A stretch of DNA of 64,000 nt from the human T2T-CHM13v2.0 reference genome, Homo sapiens, in the NCBI RefSeq assembly GCF_009914755.1, contig NC_060939.1. The stretch is one strand, 5' to 3'. How positions within the stretch are numbered: the first letter of the stretch is position 1; the number at the start of each line of letters is the position of its first letter. A program made the translations under genes and the position numbers. Of the stretch, positions 1 to 15,408 are shown one piece after another. The notes under the pieces are model-generated. The model saw only the letters and a program-made list of their open reading frames with translations, did not search any database and was not told the DNA's origin.

Positions 1-180
1 GCCGGGTGTGGTGGCGGGCACCTGTAGTCCCAGCTACTCAGGAGGCTGAGGCAGGAGAATGGCGTGAACCCAGGAGGCGGAGCTTGCAGTGAGCCGAGAC
101 TGCGCCACTGCACTCCAGCCTGGGCAACAGAGTGAGACTCCATCTAAAAAAAAATAAAATAAAATAAAATAAATAAAAAA
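1..180 (+). mobile_element. Alu right arm (AluY-like, cut by window edge)
   Basis: Alu consensus with ggagaatggcgtgaacc and A-rich tail. Confidence 0.95.
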
Positions 181-936
181 GGGAAGATTCCCTTAATGTT
201 TCCCAGTCTATTAAAGGTTTCCTTCCAAAAGGAGCTCATTCTGATCCCATTTAGTACAACACCCTCGTGTATGCCAGATGGCACAGGCATCATAGCTTCA
301 CAAATGTCATTCTGATCCTCACCTTTAAAATGAAATTCCCTTAGTCTACCTTTCTTTACATAAACTACAAAATTGTAGACAAAGACATGCCAAATTAAAA
401 GCCTCTTTTGCTAAATATTCTAGAAATAATTTGAGAAAAATGGGCGCAATTTGAGACCTTAGTTGTCTTGGAAAGGGAGTAGGTGGGTATTTGACTATGA
501 TTCTGGTTGGTATTTCTCCTGTTAACTATTTAAATGTGTGACCTTAAAAGAAAATCATTCAGTCTTGTTGAGACTAATAAATGTCTCACCCAAAAAAAAT
601 GAACTTAAAATTTCTCCTATGTGTCTTATAGCTCAAAAATTTTCAATTCTGTTTCAAGCCATTCTAACATCCTGGATATTTTCCTGGATATTATAATATC
701 CAGCTTATAATCTGCATAGGTAAAGTTTTATTTGTATTATGTTCCTTAGGTTTTGTTAAGTTTCTTGCAAGTAGGTTGATATTCTTTAATGTTTAAGTAT
801 TAAATCTGAGGTGAGCTGAATAGTTACCTGTTATTGTTTTGTGTACTCAATAATTTACAGTAAAATATATTTAGAATTGTTATAGTTGGTTATTAGAAAT
901 AGAGTTTCTACCTATTGTGGTTTTTAAAGTACCTGT

Positions 937-1236
937 GGTCCAGGGGCAGTGGCTCACACCTGTAATCCCAGGACTTTGGGAGGCCAAGGTGGGCGGATCA
1001 CTTGAGGTCGGGAGTTCAAGACCAGCCTAGCCAACATGGCGAAACCCCGTCTCTACAAAATATACAAAAATTAGCTGGGCGTGGTGGCGCGTACCTGTAA
1101 ACCGAGCTACTTGGCAGGCTAAGGCACTAGAATTGCTTCAACCTAGGAGGCGGAAGTTGTAGTGAGCCAAGATCTTGCCTCCACACTCCAGCCTGGGTGA
1201 CAGAGCAAGACTCTGTCTCAAAAAAATAAAAATAAA
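937..1236 (+). mobile_element. Alu (AluS-like)
   Basis: Full dimer; TSD aaagt(a/g)cctgtg. Confidence 0.95.
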
Positions 1237-1513
1237 AGTGCCTGTGTATGCAGTGGGCATTCAACAAATAGTTGTTAAATGAATAAATTAAAACCTTGAG
1301 ATTTGCTAAATGCTTAAAACCCAAAAGAAAAAAATAATATTTTTAAGAAAAATATTAAAAATCATTTTAACTATAGCCATGGATAAGTACATAAGCACAC
1401 AAAAAATTAATCACTGTGTTGGTAAAAACCTTATTTCAATACCTCTTTATCCTTCATACAAGAATAAATCTCTGGAAGAGAAAAGAAAAGAAAGCCGCTC
1501 TGAGCGTACCTAC

Positions 1514-1698
1514 CTTTCTACTCTGGAGAGAAGCTCTTTTGACACAGACTGCCCCGTTTAACAGACTCCAGCTGCTGGCACTGCCTTCTGAGTTCTTTCA
1601 CTTCCGAATTCTTATCGTCCTGCAGCCCCACCACAGTCAATGACTAAGTTCCTCTGGACTTTCACATGGATCGTAATAGACAACTTCATCCTGTTTTT
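1514..1698 (-). pseudogene. WHAMM pseudogene exon 6 (185 bp, frameshifted)
   Basis: TTTTTAG|AAAAAC acceptor, AAG|GTAGGT donor; EKQDEVVYYDPCESPEEL, then small deletions (TGA at 1637-1639); VGLQDDKNSEVKELRRQCQQLES and KRASLQSRK recognisable in shifted frames. Confidence 0.92.
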
Positions 1699-1829
1699 CT
1701 AAAAAGGTATTAATGATTGTTTAAAACATATTTTATTATTTGTAAAAATGCACTCAATTTTTTTAAATGTAAGGAAAATAAAGATCACTTGTAATCCCAC
1801 CACTGAGAATCACTATTAACATATAAAAA

Positions 1830-1990
1830 ATGTATGTGTATAAATGTAATATACATATACACGTGTATATATACATGACTATACACATGTATTAAGTAGC
1901 ATGTGTGTATATACATGTAAGTAGTATATGCACGTATATATACCTGTACAGACATACGTATATATACACAAGCACATACACATACTACTT
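1830..1990. repeat. Degenerate (TA/CA/TG)n microsatellite
   Basis: Alternating purine-pyrimidine run. Confidence 0.8.
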
Positions 1991-2055
1991 ACATAGCTAC
2001 ACTTATCAATGGAGTTCTAAAAGAACATTTTCCATGGGATGGAAATAAATTTTTA

Positions 2056-2394
<339 letters not shown>

Positions 2395-2879
2395 TTAAGC
2401 AATCCACGTTGTTAGGCTGTTCCAATGTTCCATTATTATTCATTTCACTGTGATAAACATCTCTGTATAAATCTTTGTGTACACTTTTTATCACTTCCTT
2501 AGCAGATAAGTGTTTAAGGATCTTGATACCCATTGCCACACTGCCCTCCAGAAAGGCAACTTATATTCTACCAGCAATATATTATTAAGATGCCTTAGTG
2601 ATATTTAATCTTGATTACATATTGATTTTTTAAAAGTCATGCTTACTGTAACAAATTCAAACCCTCCAGAAGTACATCAAATAAACAGTGAAATTCTATT
2701 GCTCATTCCCCAAACCTTCTGAGTCATTCTCAGAGGAAAAACATTATGAACAATTTGGCATGCATCCTTCCAGATTAACTTCTTTTTTTAATGTAATTTT
2801 TTTCCTAAATATGTAAACTGCTTATAACCTGAAACTACTGAAAAAAATTCTGAATACTCAGGATTAAACTAAAAGTTCA

Positions 2880-4490
<1,611 letters not shown>

Positions 4491-4747
4491 CTTTTATTAT
4501 TTCTGAAATAGACAATTAGTATGTATTAAATGAAAAAGAGACTATTATGCATTGTATGCCTGTGTCAAAATATCTTATGTAACCCATAAATATATATATC
4601 TACTATGCACCCATAAAAATTAAAAAATTTTTAAAAAGATGTTACTGAACTGGTTATGTAGTTTTGGTTAAAAATTTATATTTTTATATATCAGCATATT
4701 TTAAAATCTACAAAGTTATACAGCAAATTGTTACCACTAAGTATCTC

Positions 4748-5092
<345 letters not shown>

Positions 5093-5300
5093 TAGATGAT
5101 GGGATTGGAGTAATAATCATTTTTCTTTCTTTGTTTTGCTATGTGCTAACAATGAATATATTATTTGAATAATAAACTACTGAAGGAAAACTTTAGGAAA
5201 TTTTCAGATGTTACAGTTTACAAAAAGTAATTGATAATATGGTCTGTATTTCCTTAAATTTATAAACATTGTAATCTATATACTTAAATATAAACTTTAC

Positions 5301-5466
5301 CTTTTATAAGTCTTTTAAGAGAGTCCAACTGTGTAGTAAGCAGTATTTCTTCGTTTTTTAATATCTCAAATTTAACTTCATATAGTTCTAACTGAATTTC
5401 ATAAAATTGCATTTCTAATTCATCTACAACATTTATATTTTTTTCTTGTTCTGGAAGATCTTCCAT
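5301..5466 (-). pseudogene. WHAMM pseudogene exon 5 (166 bp, open)
   Basis: ATAAG|ATGGAA acceptor, AAG|GTAAAG donor; MEDLPEQEKNINVVDELEMQFYEIQLELYEVKFEILKNEEILLTTQLDSLKRLIK. Confidence 0.95.
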
Positions 5467-5695
5467 CTTATTTTCATAGAAAAAAGAAAAATAAGTTAAA
5501 ATAAATAGTATATTAAAAACAAACTTCAGAAGCATTCTAGCTATTTTCTATTCCTTGTTCAATACTAAATATAAAAAAGCAAATAGGAAAGAAACACTTT
5601 TTCATTTCATCTAGTGATGCTAATATTTTATCTCATCCTTGAAACAGAAAAACATTTAGGTTTTGAGAAACATAAATGGCAATGAGGTATTATTA

Positions 5696-6083
5696 TGTAT
5701 TGCATATTGGTGTCCCCACAAAATTCATATGTTGACACTCTAACTCCCAATGTGATGTTATTTGGAGGTGGGTCCTTTGGAAGTAATTAGGTTCAGATTA
5801 TGTCAAAAGGATGGCACCCCCATCATGGGATTAGTGCCATTAGAAGAGAAAGACAGGGATCACTTTCTTTCTCTCTAAACTTACACACAGAAGAAAGGCT
5901 ATATGAGCACTCAGTTAAGAAGGCAGCTGTCTACCAGACAGGAAGAGGATCCTCACCGGACAGTGAATCTGCAGGCATCTTGGACTTCCCAGCCTCCAGA
6001 ACTGTGAGAAATACATGTCCGTTGTTGAAGCCACCCAATCTGTGATATTTAATCTTGTTATAGCAGCCTTAGCCAACTAAGAC
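5696..6083 (+). mobile_element. MaLR solo LTR (MLT1A-like)
   Basis: aaattcatatgttga...gacttcccagcctccagaactgtgagaaata...ctaagaca. Confidence 0.85.
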
Positions 6084-6412
6084 AGGTGGTTACAGTGTTT
6101 TCTGCTTTAAGGTCATAAGATTATAGGAAAAAACTTAAGTGTCTATGATCCTTCAGTGAAGTATCTCTTTGATTATTTTAAAGCTGTACTGAAAACATTG
6201 CTGGATTGATATTCAAGTACAGTACCCACTTCAATACTGGGCTCGGTGTTACTATAAAGTAAATCCTATAATATGGTATTTTGAAACATCTTAACTAAAG
6301 GAAAACTTTATGTCTAACCTTCCATAGAAGACAGTGTTAGAATAAGTGAAGAAAAGAAGCTCTTTAACGATGCCTGGAAAGAAAAGTGCTATCTAAAAAT
6401 AAAAGTGTGCTT

Positions 6413-6655
6413 TACCACATGGTCTCACTTATAAGTGGGAGCTAAGTAGTGTGTATACACACACAGTGTGGAATAATAGACACTGGAGACTCAGAAGAGT
6501 AAGAGGGTGGGAGGGAGGATGAGAAATATTTAGTGGGTACAATTACATTATACAGGTGAAGATTACACTAAAAGCCCAAACTTCACCACTACACAATATA
6601 TCCATGGAACAAAACAGTACTTGTATCCCTTATTTACACAAACTTTTTAAAAAAT
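6413..6655 (+). mobile_element. L1MA 3' end fragment
   Basis: tctcacttataagtgggagctaa...aaaagcccaaacttcaccactacacaatatatccatg. Confidence 0.85.
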
Positions 6656-6663
6656 AAAAGTGG

Positions 6664-6985
<322 letters not shown>

Positions 6986-7017
6986 TTAAAACAAAGTTAT
7001 GTTTATCTTTGTCTTAC

Positions 7018-7187
7018 CTTTCCCTGAATTTCAGCTCTTTTGTGATTTAAACATAACTCTTTCGCTCTCATGAGCTGCAGAGTCTCTTGAGCTAGCATTA
7101 GCTTAAGTTTTTCCAACCTGGGAATTGCTGTGGCCCAGGCAGCCTGGCCAAATCTCTTCACATCCTGTTCCATTTCTTTCTGCATTC
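7018..7187 (-). pseudogene. WHAMM pseudogene exon 4 (170 bp, open)
   Basis: CAACAG|GAATG acceptor, AAG|GTAAGA donor; GMQKEMEQDVKRFGQAAWATAIPRLEKLKLMLAQETLQLMRAKELCLNHKRAEIQGK. Confidence 0.95.
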
Positions 7188-7729
7188 CTGTTGGATTATA
7201 AAAATAAAATATAATTACACCTCATTAAAAAGGGAAACATTGATCATGAGCTAATTCTTTTTTTATTGCTTCCATACTACCTGCAGAACATCTTTTTTAA
7301 AAGAAATTTTGTTTTATTAACTTTTTTATTATTATAAAAATAATACATGGTCATTAATATACAATTTTAGGTATTCAATTTTTAAAAGGACAATAATAAG
7401 TCATGATCTCACCTAGTTGAGGCAACTGCTTCTTATATTTTGGCACACTTGCTTCCATATTGTTTCTATGTCTAGCTAGACAGACAGGCTCATATGGATA
7501 GTTTGACCAAAAAACCAGGATTATCATTCTGCTTTATATCTTGTTGATTCTGCACAATATATCAGACACTCTTGCCATTTATAAAAAAAATCAAGAATCA
7601 TGCTTAATAGCTATGTAGTTTTCTCTTTTATGAATGTACCATAACTTAACAAACTGACAGACATTAAGTTGTTTCCTATTTGGTGTTTTTATTAACAATT
7701 ATTTAAGACTGAAAAAAAGTCCTTCACCC

Positions 7730-8222
7730 AGCCCGCAAGCCCCTGCACGGTCTGATCCCTGCCTGTCTTGCCAGCATTCTCCCTCGTGCCACACTGTCCT
7801 GCACTCTGTGTGATCCAGCCCTGCAGGTTTTCTGTAAGCTCCTATTTGCCAACTTCCCTCAAGCCAGGGGACCTTTACCAGTGCTATTCCTTCTGCCCGG
7901 AACACTCCTCACTTTTTCTATTCTCTCAACTTCCGTTTACCCTTCAGCTACTGGGGCAAGCACCACTTCTCAGAGGCCTTCAGCGACCACCCTGATCAAG
8001 CCCAATTTCTCTCTCACAGACCCTCAGAGCCCGATGTCTCTCTTCTTTGTGCCATTTATTGTCACTGCCATTTTCCATGTGCTTCAGTGAATAGATAATT
8101 AAGATTTCTCTCCCTTCACCAGACTGTACAATGTCTCTTAATGCTTGACACTGAATTCTTGCCACCCAGAAAACACAGTGCCTAGTGCGTAAGAGGGACT
8201 CAAATGGTATATGAATAAAATG
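7730..8222 (+). mobile_element. L2 3' fragment
   Basis: tgctattccttctgcccggaacac; cacagtgcctagtgcgtaagagggactcaaat...tgaataaaatga, typical of an L2 3' end. Confidence 0.6.
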
Positions 8223-8268
8223 ACAATCAATTACACGTATCTGCGTAAAGCATTTTTTAGATTATCAC

Positions 8269-8424
8269 CTGCTAATGCTTTTACTGTCTAATTAAAATAA
8301 TTCACTGTGATATCTTGAATAGAGACAACAGCTTCTTCAGCCCGTCTGGTCCATTCTTCAGCTTCTTTCTCCAGGGCAACTATCCTGGAGACGTAGGACC
8401 TACGTCATCCTCATCCAAGGAATT
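8269..8424 (-). pseudogene. WHAMM pseudogene exon 3 (156 bp, +5 frameshift and TAG)
   Basis: CTGTAG|AATTCC acceptor, CAG|GTGATA donor; NSLDEDDVGP/[+5]/RIVALEKEAEEWTRRAEEAVVSIQDITVNYFN*TVKALA; TAG at 8288-8290. Confidence 0.92.
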
Positions 8425-8888
8425 CTACAGACAGAAGAGAAAATTATCTTACTAAGAGCTAATAGTTATGTTGACCCATTAGGAAATTGAAAGGAAACTG
8501 GTCACATGGATTAATTTAACTACAGTACTACTCAGTCAGTTAAATTTTCATTCATTCAGCAGTCCCTTACTGCATATGAATAAGGCTCTAAGCTGAGCAC
8601 CACCTGGAAGACAAAAGGACACTCTGGGGCATAAAGGGGAAAAAAAAACCTACTTTCACTTCACATGCCTAGAATAACTTTTTCTAGAGAGGAATGTTGT
8701 CAACTTATGCTTCTCTCTATTAATAATAATACACAATTGTTTAAATGAGTGATCTGTGTTGTCAAGCACTCAGCATAGGGCCTGGAACACAGCACTTAAG
8801 TGTTAGCTGTTGTTATCGTTTCTTTTAGGGATATGTAATATAATCACCTAAAAGACAGTATCTGTATATTCATGCTTATAACATGCAC

Positions 8889-9254
8889 TGGTATTGGACT
8901 GAATGTTTGGGTCCCCCCAAAATGCATATGTTGAAGCCTAAATCCCCAGTGTGATGGTATTTGAAGATGGGGCCTTTGGGAGGTAATTAGGTCATGAGGG
9001 TGCAGCCCTCAAGAATGGGATTAATGCCCTTATAAAAAGAAGAGGAGACACAGGATCTCTCTCTCTGCTCTTCACCATGTGAAGACACAGCAAGACAGTC
9101 ATCTACAAATTAAGAAACTGGCCCTCACAAGACACTGGATCTGCCAGCACCTTGATCTTAGACTACCCAGCCTCCAGAACTGTGAGAAAAAAAGTTTTGT
9201 TGTTTATAAGCCACTAATCTACGGTACTTTGTTATAACAGCCTGAACTAAGACA
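8889..9254 (+). mobile_element. MaLR solo LTR (MLT1A0-like)
   Basis: ggactgaatgtttg...gggcctttgggaggtaattaggtcatgagggtg...gaactaagaca. Confidence 0.88.
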
Positions 9255-9327
9255 TGTACAGCTATGTCATCCAATATGCAATTTTTCTTCTACAAAGCAT
9301 AAGAAATATGTACAAGTTAGCCGACAA

Positions 9328-9985
9328 GGAATTACAAATCAAAACCATAACGAGATACCACTTCACACCCACTAGGATGGCTGTAACCAAAGAGACACAC
9401 AATTACAAGTGTTGGTGATAATGTGGACAAATTGGAACCCTCATTTACTGCTTTTGGGAATATAAATGAGGCACCCACTTTGGAAAACCATCTGGCGTCT
9501 TTCAAAAGGTTAAACATTGAGTAATCACAGGACCCAGCAATCCTACTCCTCAGTACGTACACAAGAGCAATGAAAAGATATGTCTACACAGAAACTCACA
9601 CACAAACATTCATAGCAGAATTATTCATGATAGCCAAAAAGTGGAAACAACCCAAATGTCCATCAACTGATGAATAAAATGCAATATATCCATACAATGA
9701 ATATTACTGAGCAATAAAAAGAAATGAAATCCTGGTATTTGCTACAACATGGATTAGTCTTGCAAACACTGTGCTGAGTGAAAGGACCACATATTCAATA
9801 ATGCTGTTGCTATGTCCAGAGTAGGGAAATCCACAGAGACAGAAAGTAGATTGGTGGTTGCCCAGGGTTGGGAGTGACTAATGGGTACAGGGTTTCTTTT
9901 GGAGGTGAAAATGTCCTGAAATTACATAGTAATGACCATTGTGCAACTTTCAATATACTAAAAATCACTGAATTGTACATCTTTT
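9328..9985 (+). mobile_element. L1MB 3' end
   Basis: caaatcaaaaccata...gagataccacttcacacccactaggatggct...aaagtagattggtggttgcc. Confidence 0.88.
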
Positions 9986-10109
9986 ATATATACATATATA
10001 CACATACATATACATACACATACACATACACATACACATATATACACATATACACACATATATACACATATATATACATATATACACATATATATACATA
10101 CATATATTC

Positions 10110-10140
<31 letters not shown>
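9986..10140. repeat. (TA)n/(TACA)n microsatellite
   Basis: Direct inspection. Confidence 0.95.
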
Positions 10141-10192
10141 ATCTGTGAATGGTATCTTAAAACAGCTGTTACTTAAAGAAAGGAAAAATATA

Positions 10193-10552
<360 letters not shown>

Positions 10553-11000
10553 TCAAAATAATGAACAGAACAACTTTATCCACAGGTTAGAGTGCATGAG
10601 TTTCATCTAAATGTGATACTATTTTTATAGTACAATCATCTGGCAGGGGGCATGAGATTATATGTGGAAAGATGGCCCAGTGCAGGGGGCAGAAATCAAG
10701 AGATCTCTTAGGTGTCTTCTGATTCCCGTTGTTGAGACCCAAGGTAAGATATTTAACAACTCTGGACTCCAGATTCATTTGTAACACTGGAATAAGAATG
10801 CCTTTTCTGAATGGGGTCACACGGTTGTTTGATGGCTCAATGAAGCAAGAGCGATAACAGCATTTACTAAAATTTAAGTTACTGAATTACAATCTAGGGT
10901 CCTGCTATTTAAATTTTCATCCTATTTTAAGAAATTTGGATGAGTCCTTAGAGGAAAACAAACTGAAGCAAATAAATATCACATCAAAAACAATTCATCA

Positions 11001-11304
11001 GGCTGGGCGCAGTGGCTCACGCTTGTAATCCCAGCACTTTGGGAGGCTGAGACGCGTGGCTCACTTGAGGTCAGGAGTTTGAGACCAGCCTGGCCAACAT
11101 GGTGAAACCCCGTCTCTACTAAAAATACAAAAAAAGTTAGCTGGGCATGGTAGTGCACACCTGTAATCCCAGCTACTCAGGAGACTGAGGCAGAAGAGTC
11201 ACTTGAACCTGGAGGAGGTTGCAGTGAGTCAAGATTGTGCCACTGCACTCTAGCCTGGCTGACAAAGAGAGACCCTATCTCAAAAAAAAAAAAAAAAAAA
11301 AAAA
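11001..11304 (+). mobile_element. Alu (AluSz-like)
   Basis: Full dimer with poly-A. Confidence 0.95.
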
Positions 11305-11433
11305 GGCATCGATACAAAAAAACTCTTAACTCTTTAAAATCTGCAGGAATCTTAAGCTAGTAAGATGACCAACATAAATGTCTTCATTTTCTATCAATTT
11401 TAAATATAAATTCAATATTTAAACATGAGGGTG

Positions 11434-11570
11434 AACTAGGCATAGTGGCTGACGCCTGTAATGCTACGCTTTGGGAGGCCGAGGTGGGCAGACTGCTTGA
11501 GCTCAGGAGTTAGAAACCAGCTTGAGCAACATGGCAAAACCTCATCTCTATCAATAAATAAGTAAAGAAA
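11434..11570 (+). mobile_element. FLAM / Alu left monomer
   Basis: Left-arm consensus followed by A-rich tail. Confidence 0.8.
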
Positions 11571-11677
11571 CATAAAAGTAAACCCAAACAAAGTGCAGAG
11601 ATTGAACATTAAGTGTAAATAAAGAAATAATATATGACAAATAGTAAATGTGATAAAATAAAAATTAAAAAAAATAC

Positions 11678-11851
11678 CAAAATATCAAGCTTACATAAAG
11701 TTGCAACTTCTCGCATAGCCCTAAATGGCTGCAGTAAGTACTGGAAAAACATGGTTGCCATGGTAACTAATTCCTGGTAGGCTTCATCTTCCTCTTGGTA
11801 AACTTTCATTAATGCTACCATGGTGTTGGCTTTTCCATGTCCTTGGATAAC
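11678..11851 (-). pseudogene. WHAMM pseudogene exon 2 (174 bp, open)
   Basis: CTCTAG|GTTATC acceptor, TTG|GTATTT donor; VIQGHGKANTMVALMKVYQEEDEAYQELVTMATMFFQYLLQPFRAMREVATLCKLDIL. Confidence 0.95.
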
Positions 11852-12074
11852 CTAGAGAGCAAATGTGAATAAAGCTCAAGTCAGACAGTGTAATACATAC
11901 CCAACAAACAAAACTAAACAAAAGAAACCTTCATGTTCTCAACTTTCAATACATCAATTTAAAATATTGATTAAATATGAAAATGTCATCATCCTCCATC
12001 AAAAATGCCCAATAAAACAAGAATTGTTAAGTAAATTATGATATATCCATGGCAGAATATTATTACTGTAGTCA

Positions 12075-12473
<399 letters not shown>

Positions 12474-12589
12474 CTAAGTATGCAGCGAAAAGGACCCAAA
12501 AGAAGGTTTGAGGTGTGGATATTTTTTCATTTGACTTTTCTGACTGTGAAGGTTTTGTGAGGCTGTATTCCTTTTTAAAAGCTCCTAAG

Positions 12590-12889
12590 GGCCAGGCATG
12601 GTGGCTCACACCTGTAACCCCAGCACTTTGGGAGGCCACGGCAGGCAGATCACGAGGTCAGGAGATTGAGACCATCCTGGCTAACACGGTGAAACCCTGT
12701 GTATACTAACAATACAAAAAATTTGCTGGGCGTGGTGGAGGGCACCTGCAGTCCCAGCTACTGGGGAGGCTGAGGCAGGAAAATGGGGTGAACCTGAGGG
12801 GCAGAGCTTGCAGTGAGCCGAGATGGCGCCACTGCACTCCAGCCTGGGCGACAGTGCAAGACTCTGTCTCAAAAAAAAAAAACAAAAAA
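12590..12889 (+). mobile_element. AluY-like
   Basis: accatcctggctaacacggtgaaacc. Confidence 0.95.
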
Positions 12890-14779
12890 CCTCATAAAAC
12901 ATTACAGAGCTGTCTCCAAGTACTTTAGCATGTTGATTCTCTTAATGCCCCAGGTTAATATCCCCATGAAGTCCTTAGCAGTCAACTCATTTACAGAGCC
13001 TCAGCTGTGGTTCCAGTCTCTGCTGGTTATTGCTTGTGCTGCAGGGCAGAAAACAAACTGAACAGTGTATAATCTAGGTGGACTGATTTGGTTGGAAATT
13101 ATTTTACTCCCACAAGAAGAGAAATAAAAATAAAATAATATAGATGTTTTTCAACCAATACATTCTTAAAATTCTTCTATTTCCATCCTTCTGCTTAAAG
13201 ATAAAGTGATCTACTTTCAGCTGTATTTTTTATCCAGGTAATAATATTATGGTTTTTTTTTTAAGTGAAAGCCCCACTGAACAAAATTAAAACACACACG
13301 CAAAAGTAAACTTAAGGCAAGTGATACACTTCAGCCTTATTTCTTAGACTATTCAGAAAAATTCCAGAGTTAAAACATTCAGCTTCATTTTATATATGCT
13401 AGCAATGCTAGCAATTAGTCTAATTCTAGAATCAATTGCTTTTCTATTTTAAATATAAAGTAAAATATTAAAATTATATATTTGGACATGTTTTGAATTT
13501 TAGCTTCCCCTCTCAACCCCTCATTTTTGAGTTCCAGATAAATATGTGAACTACACTAACATGAACAACTAGCTCAACAGAATGAACTACATTCACGCTA
13601 TAGTACCCCAGAGTGAACTTAAATTTGGGAAAACTAACTTTTCTGATAGTAACTACAGTAAAATGCATCATATAAATGTTCGATTTTAAGGAGAAACCAC
13701 CTATCTCTGTGAGAAACCAAGAGTGTAAAAAACAAGTCTGATACAAAATGATACCATTTTTGAAACTCCGGTGGGCTCGTCATATCCTAAGGTGAAAGTT
13801 ATAAAGTTGAAGATCAAAAGCTGACTGGCCTGAAACTCCCCTGTGGTTTCCTCATAGTCTAAAGTGAAATCAACACATGTTAAGTGGGTGTGTAGACATT
13901 TACACATAAAGCTCACAGTACAAAAATGACCCCACTAACAAGCTCCTTTTATAAAACCATTTTAATTTAGAAAGCTTATTCTATATTTAGCTTAGGCTGA
14001 ATTCTTCTTTTCACCTCCCCTTCCTCAAAAGAATGCACAGAAAAAAATCATTCAGGTTAATAAGAGCAGTGAGCTGAGACTCCAGCCTGGCTCTGCTTAG
14101 TAAACCGTGGGTGTGGATTTAGAAGGCATACTTTCTCCTAAACCCTTCTATGAACATGTACTTCCCCGTCCCCTAAGTTCAGTAAGTTTACCACTCAATT
14201 ACTCTCTCAAACTACCTCTTTCAAGCTTAAAAGAGCACTAATGCGGTTAAACTGATGAATAAAGCTCACTTTCTACCGGCTTTCCATTTGACCAAGTCTG
14301 TATTACTTAAAACAAAACACCCTAACTCCTAAAAGCCATTTCTTCCTTTAAACCATTTTATCCCACTTGCGACGTCCCCGCAGACACAGACTTGGAATTG
14401 CTTACGTGTAGTCCGTGTTATTCTTTCCTACATGGATGGGTTGTTTTCAGTTTGCTTGCAGTATTTCTGACATTTCCCGTTACAACATCCTGCTCTGCCA
14501 GCATCTTCAGGGCAAAGGTTGGGGGCCTAGCCCAGCTCCCAGCGGCAAGTACACTAGGCTCTTAACTTCGCTTGTCCTCTCTGCAGGCCCTGCCGAAGCT
14601 CCCCCTGGTTTTTCGCAGCGATCCCGCGCAGGTGAGGGTACTGGGGAGCCCGTGGCCTTCTCCGCCCGCCGGCTCCTCCCCATCAGCCGTCAGCCAGGGC
14701 TCTCGGCGCCGGGGAAGCCTCCCACAGGGTCCCAGGCCACCCAAGCGCGGTCAAACGCCGGCGGCCCGGCCTCGCTTAC

Positions 14780-15408
14780 CTGACGCAGCCGCGCGTCCGC
14801 CTCGACCCATCAGGCGCGCAGGGCCCGCTCTCGAAACTCGCGCGGGCTCTCGCAGTCAGCCGCGCGGCCTTTAGCCGCGAAAACAGCGTGGCGCACGGTG
14901 GCGCCGCCGCAGCCGTGGGCCGCCGCGCCCAGGTAGCGCTCCAGCTGCCCGCAAAGCTCCTGCAGCGCCACCTCGCCGGGGCCCGCGCGCGCCTGCCAGA
15001 GCAGCGCCCACAGCCCGAGCCCCAGACTCCAGGCCCCGCCGCCGCCCACGTCCAGCTGCGGGGAGCAGCGTTCCAGAGGCGGCCACAGCGCCGCTAGCTG
15101 CCAGCGCGCGCCGCGGAACCCCGCGGCCGAGAACCGGCCGGCCCAGTTGGGCGGGAACACGGCAGCTGGGCGGGGACACGGCAGCTGGGCGGGGACACAG
15201 CGGCCTTGGGTTTGGGCTCCAGCCCCAGCCGGGCCCCCTCGCGCCGCTGCGGCTGCTGCGCGGTGAGGTCGTGACAAGTCACAGCTAACTTGCCCTCCGC
15301 GCCATTCCACGCCACCAGGAAGCGCAGCCGGTGCCTCTCGGGATCGGCGAAGAGGCCTTGCCGGACCGGCGCCCAGCCCTCCAGGCTGTCGAGCTGCTCG
15401 TCCTCCAT
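14780..15408 (-). pseudogene. WHAMM pseudogene exon 1 (coding part)
   Basis: ATG at 15408 (GCCATGG Kozak context); donor CAG|GTAAGC at 14779. A 19-bp triplication (15144-15200) frameshifts it, and there is an in-frame TGA at 14810-14812 before WVEADARLRQ. Confidence 0.95.
15144..15200 (+). repeat. 19-bp tandem triplication
   Basis: cagttgggcgggaacacgg / cagctgggcggggacacgg / cagctgggcggggacacag. Confidence 0.95.

Noticed and set aside
9868-10176. 102-aa TY/IY-repeat ORF
   Set aside because: L1 3' end plus a (TA/CA)n microsatellite.
14415-15097. Plus-strand GC-rich ORFs
   Set aside because: Stop-poor shadow frames of the CpG island and pseudogene exon 1; no recognisable product.
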